A stretch of 63,683 nucleotides of DNA, counting the filler, from Folioceros fuciformis (taxonomy: Eukaryota), in the NCBI GenBank assembly GCA_049999805.1. It is 4 parts of 4 records of this genome, joined end to end, with 100 filler letters (N's around TTAATTAATTAA, not from the genome) between each part and the next. Parts side by side here need not be neighbours in the genome. Positions count along the whole stretch, not along the records: positions 54,359 to 63,683 come from JBNGIO010003128.1; 3 more parts are not named here. One strand, 5' to 3'. Made by a program: the position numbers and the translations under genes. The first letter of the stretch is position 1. Every line of letters begins with the position of its first letter. Below, one piece after another: positions 56,369-63,683 of this stretch. Below the pieces are notes generated by a model, which did not search any database, was not told the DNA's origin, and saw only the letters and a program-made list of their open reading frames with translations.

Positions 56369-59300
56369 TCATTGCATGTCCATGTACAAAGAATAATCAG
56401 CCAGGCCCAAGCCTGACAGATGCTTATAGTGTTTATACTTCACCAAACCCTTTGTTAACACATCTGCCACGTTGTTCTCTGTGCCAACTTTCATAGCTCC
56501 ACGCTCCACAACATCTCTGATGTAGTGGTGCTGGATTTCAATGTGCTTAGTGCGTGCGTGGAACCTGGGATTTGCTACGAGGGCAAGTGCAGACATATTA
56601 TCACAGAGAATTGAGGTAGGTGCTTGCTGAGTTTGCCCTAAGTCATACAGAAAAGTTCTTTCCCATTCGGCTTCCTTTAAAACATCTGTTAGGGATTTAT
56701 ACTCTGCTTTTGTTGATGACAGGGCTATTGAGGATTGCTTTTTGCAGGACCAATTCACGGCTGAGGATGAGAGCAAGAAACAATAAGTCGAGAGACTTTT
56801 CCTGGAATCGCTGTCTGATGCCCAATCGGCATCCGTGAAGCCAGAAAGAGTAAGTTTCCCTTGCCGAGTCCTTCTGTAGAAAAGTCCATATGTATGGGTA
56901 CCCTTCAGGTACCTAAAAATCCTCTTAACTGCTGTCCAGTGTGCCCTGCCAGGTTTCTCCAAGAACTGCGATACTGTACTCACAGAGTACTGAATATCCG
57001 GCCTGGTCCAGTTAGCAACAAAAATTAAGCTACCTACAGCGTGCCTATAGGGTACATCAAGCATATCCTGGACCTCTTCTGGAGTCTGTGGGCACTGTAT
57101 ACTAGTTAGCTTGACCCCTATAGAATAGGGAGTGGTAGCAGGCCTAGCCTCATCAAAGTTTGAATTTTCGAAGAATGTCATTGATGTACTTGTATTGGTG
57201 CACAATAATCAGGCCTTCCTCTCGTATCCTTAGGATCTGAACCCCAAGGCAGTATTTAAGCTCTCCAATGTCCTTCATCTCAAACTTGGAGCTCAACATG
57301 TGTTTTACTTCAGCTAACAGAGATTGGCTATTTGTTGTGAGGATGACGTCATCTACATACAACGCCAAAACCACGAAGTCCTCACCCCTGCTCAGCCTAT
57401 ACACATTGGAGTCAGCAGTGCTCTGGACGAAAGAGATACTTACGAGGTAAATGTGCATGGTTGTATACCAAACCCTACCACTTTGCTTTAAACCATAAAT
57501 GCATTTTAGTAGCTTCAGAACTTTGGTGGGGTGTGCAGGATCCTCATATCCCTCTGGCTGCATCATATACAAGTCCTCATCAAGAGCACTGTAGAGGAAT
57601 GCTGTGCAAACGTCCATTTTTTGTAGATCCAGGTCTAGCTCCGCTGCAAGGGCAAGGGTGATCCTGATAGATTGTGAGCGAACCACAGGAGAGAAGGTCT
57701 CCTAATAGTCCAAACCTTCAATTTGGGTAAATCCCTTGGCCACAAGTCTTGCTTTATAACGTGCAATTTCTCCTTGTGCATTCAGTTTTAACTTAAAAAC
57801 CCACTTGCAAGAGATAGGTTTGCGTCCGGGGGGCAGATCGACAAGATCCCAAGTCTTGTTCTTAAGCAAGGATTGGTACTCGTCCTCCATGGCGATTTGC
57901 CACTTGGAAGCATTAGGTCCTTGCATGGCCTGCCTATAAGAGCTAGGTTCCTCAGCTGGAAGGATGTCAACGGTAGCACCATAAACTGCAGAGGATGTCC
58001 TGAAATCCACAGACTGATATGGAGGCTCCCTCCACTGGTCAGGAGGGGGCCTGTGCCTAGTCGAGCGCCTGGGGGCAGGTGCTGGCTGATTTGGAACAAT
58101 CTGAACAAAAAAAGCCTGGTCAGGATCCTGGTCAAGAGCAGGGTCAGGGTCGTCGTTTTGTTAGTCTGATCTGCTGATAGGTCGGCATCATTTGGTGCAG
58201 GGTCTGCTGGATCCTGTGCAGCAACAGCTAGTGGGGCAGCGTCATCCAAAGGAAAGGTAACAGTATCTGCATCCGTGTCCTCATCCAATGATGCTCCCTC
58301 AGAGGGGACAGCCACATGTGGAGGGCCAGCTATAGATTCCACAAAAGTAACACTTCGTGTTAAGAGTAGTGCCTGTGTTTCAAGATCATATAGCTTATAC
58401 GCTTTGACATGCTCGCTGTAACCCACAAAAATGAGGCTGCGTGCTCGGTTATCTAACTTTTTGCGCTTGTCAGCAGGGACAAAGGCAAAAGCCTTGGAAC
58501 CGAACACACTTAAGTGAAGTAAACTAGGCTTCCTATTCCAAAACACTTCGAAAGGAGTTTTTCCTTTAACCGAGCTGGTAAGCACCCTGTTCAAGATGTA
58601 CGTAGCTGTGGCGACAGCCTCTGCCCAATATGCTTGAGGCAAGCCGGCCCACAGCAACATACTCCTGGTCATACCAAGCAAGGTCTGATTTTTGCGCTCA
58701 GCTACACCATTTTGTTGTTGTGTATAAGGGACAATCAACTGCCGGCTAATGCCCTGCTCAGATAAGTAATCGTCAAAAGCTTGATTGACGAATTCTATTC
58801 CATTATCACTTCGCAGAATTTTGAGCAGGCAGCCAGATTGGCGTTGCACTGTGGGAAGCCAGTCCTTGAAATAACTCAATGTTTCACTTTTCAGGTGCAT
58901 CGGATACATCCAGGAGTACCGGCTGAAATCATCTATCAAGGTCAGGTAATAGAGAGCACCCCCAAGGGAAGGGGTGTGTATCTTCCCAGAGATATCAGCA
59001 TGCACAAGCTCTAGCACCTTGGTAGCCCTATGTGCAGTCTTAGGGAATGGAAGTTCCTTCTATTTTGCAAGTATACAGGACTCACAAATGGGAAGATCCT
59101 TGAAACAACTAGGTAAGGGTTTTCGATGACAACCAAGATTAGACATATCAATGAGCTTATTTATGTTGGCATGCCCTAGCCTAGCGTGCTAGAGTGTAGC
59201 CAACTGGCTGGCTTTCATATAAACAGTGAACACTGCATGGTGAGCAGACTGTGGGAGACATCTTATCTCGAGCCTATACAAGCCATGGTCTAGAACGCCT

Positions 59301-60748
59301 CTGAAGGCACAGACACTGGGAGAGGTCTTCCTGTAGAAGCAGCAAGCATCATCAATTACACGTATCTCATACGTGCGCATCTGCATGATCTTACCCATCA
59401 ACAGAAGATTTTTCGCAATGTCTGGTACGTACAGAACGCCATCGATGTCCTGCATGGACCCATCATTGAGAAGGAAAGTGCAGGTACCATGTCCTTCAAC
59501 TTGCAAGCTTATGTCACTTCGCTCATCTCCTAACAAGACTTTGTCCTTCATGTGGCGCGGGGCCAACTTGGAGAATAGAGTTCTGTCGTTACTTATGTGG
59601 GTGGTAGCTCCCGAATCGAGATATCAGTCACCAACATCATGAACGGTGCTTGTGAGGCAGACTGTTAAGATCTTCACTGTTGCTTTTCCAGTATCTCCTT
59701 TGTCCTTCACAGCCACGCTGGCAGACTGTTTGGTGGGCTGCGTCCGCTAGGGCTCCCCTGCCTTCTTCTTGCGGTAGTCGCATGCCTAGTGGCCAGGTGC
59801 TCCACACCAATTGCAGTTTCCTATTTTCTTTGTGCTTGAAGGAACAGGATCAGTAGCAGTACTTGAAATGTACTTGCCTTTTGTTTTAGGGGGCTTGAAT
59901 TTAGCGGCCAGCACTTTGTCAGCTTTGGACTTTGTGTTTCATGTTGTAAACAGTCGGCTTTGTTCCTCCTGATGCAGAGCAGCCACTATGTCATCGACGG
60001 TGAGGATGCTTGCATTTCCAGCGGCAACAGCAGCCTGTGATGTACATAGAGGTCCGTTGTACGAGCTGACAAATTGTTGACGTGATGCTGGCAAACTGCT
60101 CAACAGCTGGACCACAGCGTGTTCCTCCTCAATCTTATAATTGTAGGAAGCAAGCTGAGCACGGAGGTGGCGAAATTTGCTGGTAAAACCTCCCACTTTA
60201 CCTCCGTCTTTCATCCTTAGGGCATAAAATTCTTGCCACACAGCACACTTGGTCATGATGTTAGTAACCTGATAGGTTTTCTCGAGCTGATTCCAAATCT
60301 CTATACCCTTTGTCAAGTACTCAACGTCAGGAACAAGGAGTGAATCCGAGCCATTGATGATGACAGCTACAGCTACTTTGTTGTGAACTGTCCACATGTC
60401 TTTATCTGCTTGGCTACCAGTTTGAGGGTCCGGTTCTAGAAAACTTCCACCCACAACATTCCAAACTCCCCGGGCTATCAGGAGAGCTTTCATGCGTACT
60501 TTCCACACATGGTACAGCTTCCCGTTGAACCTATCCTTTTCTTTCAATTCTGATGTGAAAGAAGGACTTGTAGCCATGGTTTGTCTACTTGTGACAGGTA
60601 CTAGTGGCAGATAATTCCAAAAATAGGATATATTGGCAGCCTGCAGGTCTTCTTCCCTCTCAGATGAGGTGGAGCTATGATGGAAGTGATCTAAGACTGC
60701 ACCTAAGCTGATGTCAGATGCACTATGTGCACTATCGGTATCGGACAT
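56369..60748 (-). pseudogene. Gag-Pol of Copia copy B, broken by several stops and frameshifts
   Basis: Fragments 59939-60748 (RFNGKLYHVWKVRMKALL), 59189-59566, 57788-59017, 57702-58010, 57153-57686 and 56369-57205 align to the 24983-28399 protein. Confidence 0.95.
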
Positions 60749-61986
60749 GCGTAAAATAGCTAAGTCCCTTTCAAAACTATGGCTGGAAAAGAAAACCTAT
60801 GACTAGGTTAGTTATGCTCCGATGTATGTAATCCTAAACGATACTCATGTGATACTAACGATGCGTGTCCAGGGGGCTAGTTGAGGAGACAGCCTGGGAG
60901 GAGATGGATACTGATGTATTCAATCCTTCACAGGCTAGCTCCCGCATCTGACTTCCTGGATGCAAAAAGGTGTAAATGTGAAAAGGACACAACTTTTCAA
61001 AAGTATCGTTTGAGTTCTTTAATTAGGGTTTCTAATCGACACTTCTTAGTCTTGTGAACAGACATGTCAGTTGATGGACCAAACAAAAGCAAAGAGATGC
61101 AAGCAGGCCAAGGGTCAGCAATGCAATTGTGACGCTTTGAATCCACGCCCTTAGTGACTTCTCTTGAGAAACTCCTCTTCAATCAGCACATCTTGAGAGA
61201 CGGTGTCGCTCGCTTGCAAGTCTGCATCGACACACAAATTTCCAGAATTGACAGAAACATCTCACAGATTGCTGGAATGATGCGTGCGATGGATCTTGGC
61301 CAAGGATTTTCCACAGAATTCTTGCTAGCGAGCAAAGATTCCATCCTGTGACCCTGCTTCCGCTGGCGGGGAGCGCTGGAGACGCGAAGTGATGCGCATC
61401 ATCAACAGTGGAAACCTCCACTGAAATTTGCTTGTCTTCAGCCAATCTCTCAACTTGTTTCTTGTAGGAAGCAGATTTCTCAGCAGCAATTGCGTCGTCT
61501 TCTGCAGATGTTTCTCCCCTCAGCCACCTAATTGTCCTGTTGTAATTTGGATGATTGCAGACTTCTCCAAAAGCTTGTAATTCCCAATCAGCAATAGGAC
61601 TGAATTCAGGTGTGTTGGGGGATGAGGCTGAAATTGTGGACTCCTCCTCGGCACGCTTGACAAAATAGTTGAGAACGAGGATCAGGCTGGTTCCTAGCAA
61701 TGCACCGGGCACGGTAGAGGGAATCTACTTCAGAGGTTCTCAACTGCTGCAGCCTGATGGCAAGCGCCCTGGAACTTGCTGTGTCCTCATTTCTAGCAAC
61801 CCACTGTCTTAGGCGTATGTCGGGGTAGTTAGCCTCATACAGATCCAGAACAGAGTCTGTAGGAACTCGATTTGTGTTTTGTAGCCTTCTTGTACTACCA
61901 CAAAATCGTCTCCTTTGTTGGCATCGATCTGCACGAGGTCTACCCCGGCCAGGCACCATGCCTTGAGGAAAGTAGAGAGCATTTGG

Positions 61987-61999
61987 TGCTCTGATACCA
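61987..61999 (-). promoter_or_regulatory. Primer binding site (initiator tRNA-Met) of Copia copy B
   Basis: Reverse complement TGGTATCAGAGCA directly inside the 5' LTR. Confidence 0.92.
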
Positions 62000-62227
62000 T
62001 GAAAAATTGCGGAGAGCAGTTTGGTGCAACAAAACTTGACACAAAATAATATGAGATTTTTTTTAATGTGTGTATTTTTTAAATACTAAACCCTAAAACG
62101 GTTCACTTAATGTAACCCTAAGTTTTTTATCCTAATGTTGGCTTTATTTCCAACAGGAAATGGAGAGAGATCAGGAGGCCATGTTAGAGCATTAGCCCAC
62201 GAAACCAAGTGATCTTGATTCCTCTCA

Positions 62228-63683
62228 TGCTCCTTCGTCTCCACCAAGGCTTGTTGTTGCTCCTAAGCATAGATCTCCCACCAGTGCGCGACTATCTCAA
62301 CATGAGTGGAAGGAACTCCCCTTTGACATAGAGTTTAATCACGTTGGCCTAACCCATGTTCGACCCTCAAATGATCACTATGCCTTAAGTGTTGTTGTAG
62401 CAGAGGGAGAGATCCCAAGAATCTTATCTCAAGAAAGTAGGTCTCATTCAGAGTGAAGCAGATCCTAATATTTATGTGCTGCGTAAGGATAGTTCACTTG
62501 TATTGGTCGCTCTTTATGTGGATGACATAGTCATTGCAGGAAATAATGTCGAGCTAGTAAACAAGATTAAGGTTGACCTTAGCAAGGAATTCGAAGTGAA
62601 GGACCTTAGTAGGGTTAAGTATATTTTTGGCATGCATGTACATAGAGATGGTACAAGTGCTATTTACCTCCGTCAGGGTAGGTACACAATCGGTATGCTC
62701 ACACACTTCAATATGGAGAATGTTAGGGCATCAAGCACTCCAGGTGCCATTGGCATCAAGCTCTCATCTACCTCATGTCCACAATCCAAAGAGGATAAGA
62801 GGGAGATTGAGAAAATCCCTTTTGCATGGCAGATGAACCCTTATATTCTTGAGTAATCAGACAAGTCTAGATATCTCTAACTCAATAAATAATGTGTCTT
62901 AGTTCTTAGAGAATCCAGTTTAGGATCACTGGATAGCTCTTAAGCGTATAATGCAGTACATGAATGGTAAAATGAACTTTGATCTTTGCTACAAGCCTAG
63001 TGTCAAGAAGCACTCTCTGCTTACCTGTTTTGTAGATGCAGATTGGGCTTCATATGTAGATACACGAACGAGCATATATGCTTATTGCTTCCTTGTTGGT
63101 TCTATGGAAGTGAATTGGTCTTACCGTAAATAAGCAACTCAATAGAATCCAAGTATAAAGCACTCACAAAAAGCCACTGAGGAGGTTGAGTGGGAGAGGA
63201 AGTTATGTGAAGATCTAGGAATGCAGCAAATAGTTCCAACTATTCCCTGTTGTGATAACATGTCAGCTATCGCTCTAGTGGCTAACCATGTTTTTCATGC
63301 ATGCACGAAAGACATAGAGATCTAACACCATTATGGTCGTGATGCTTTAGAGAGGGGAATTTTCAAAGTACAGTACGTACCTACTAACGATAACACAACT
63401 GATGTGTTGATGTTATCCTTGTCCAAGTTTAAACATTGTCTCCATAGAGAAGGGCTTGGACTAATGGATTGTAGTAGTTTCATGACATTAGACAAATCAA
63501 TTATCTGGTAGGCTGTCGTGGGCTACTTCAGCGACTAAGTGGAGTCAGTTGAGGCATCGTAGAAAGGGCAGATGCGGAGGGGCTGGAACTGATGACATGG
63601 GGCGAAAGGGTAGTTTGGCGAGTTGATCCGATCCACCAACGGAGTCGGCGTGGCTTCGATACTCCTACAATGAAGTGAGGGGG
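62228..63683 (+). mobile_element. Degenerate Ty1/Copia 3' part, related to the 35420-39055 family, with an internal RT deletion
   Basis: PSSPPRLVVAPKHRSPT..ELPFDIEFN resembles PSPPRPEVVVPECRYPT..EKPFDLEFN. It jumps directly to LRKDSSLVLVALYVDD, then FVDADWA. Many stops. Ends in the PPT-like aagtgaggggg at the window edge. Confidence 0.9.

Larger units (their letters stand above)
55347..62155 (-). mobile_element. Complete Ty1/Copia LTR retrotransposon, copy B (6.8 kb), coding region inactivated
   Basis: LTRs 55347-55506 and 62000-62155 (TG...CA, nearly identical). 5-bp TSD GGAAA at 55342-55346 and 62156-62160. PBS TGGTATCAGAGCA at 61999-61987, PPT at 55507-55516. gag 59939-60748, pol pieces 56369-59640. 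Confidence 0.97.
54359..62227 (-). mobile_element. Unclassified LTR retrotransposon 5' end (leader/gag start 54359-55061, PBS 55062-55073, 5' LTR 55074-55346 + 62161-62227 split by Copia copy B)
   Basis: gctctgatacca (tRNA-iMet PBS, minus strand) directly beside TG at 55074. The LTR resumes after the GGAAA TSD and ends ...CTCTCA at 62227, where an unrelated pol sequence begins. Confidence 0.75.

Overview
Eukaryotic land-plant nuclear DNA. A seed-free plant such as a fern or lycophyte is plausible from the short GT-AG introns, a PLS-type PPR remnant and the transposon repertoire, but this is inference only. The left ~22 kb is gene-bearing: DEP1 (methionine-salvage dehydratase/enolase-phosphatase fusion, runs off the window start), a DUF2062-type membrane protein, an ADA3-like/SCS plant SAGA subunit, a PPR pseudogene and a two-RRM, probably plastid-targeted, RNA-binding protein. 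The right ~41 kb is a nested transposon stack. It holds a CRE-like restriction-endonuclease non-LTR element, seven Ty1/Copia insertions (one complete with LTRs, PBS, PPT and a GGAAA TSD), a further unclassified LTR element, a Sola2-like DNA transposase, two head-to-head PIF/Harbinger copies and an L1-type LINE, around a small tandem cluster of PGG-domain genes. Three 100-bp N/TTAATTAATTAA spacers are artificial contig joins. The most notable signal is that two different Copia families carry, between pol and the 3' LTR, an antisense ORF (hydrophobic N-terminal segment plus predicted coiled coil) followed ~35 nt after its stop by a canonical antisense-strand intron. This suggests an expressed, spliced antisense accessory gene.
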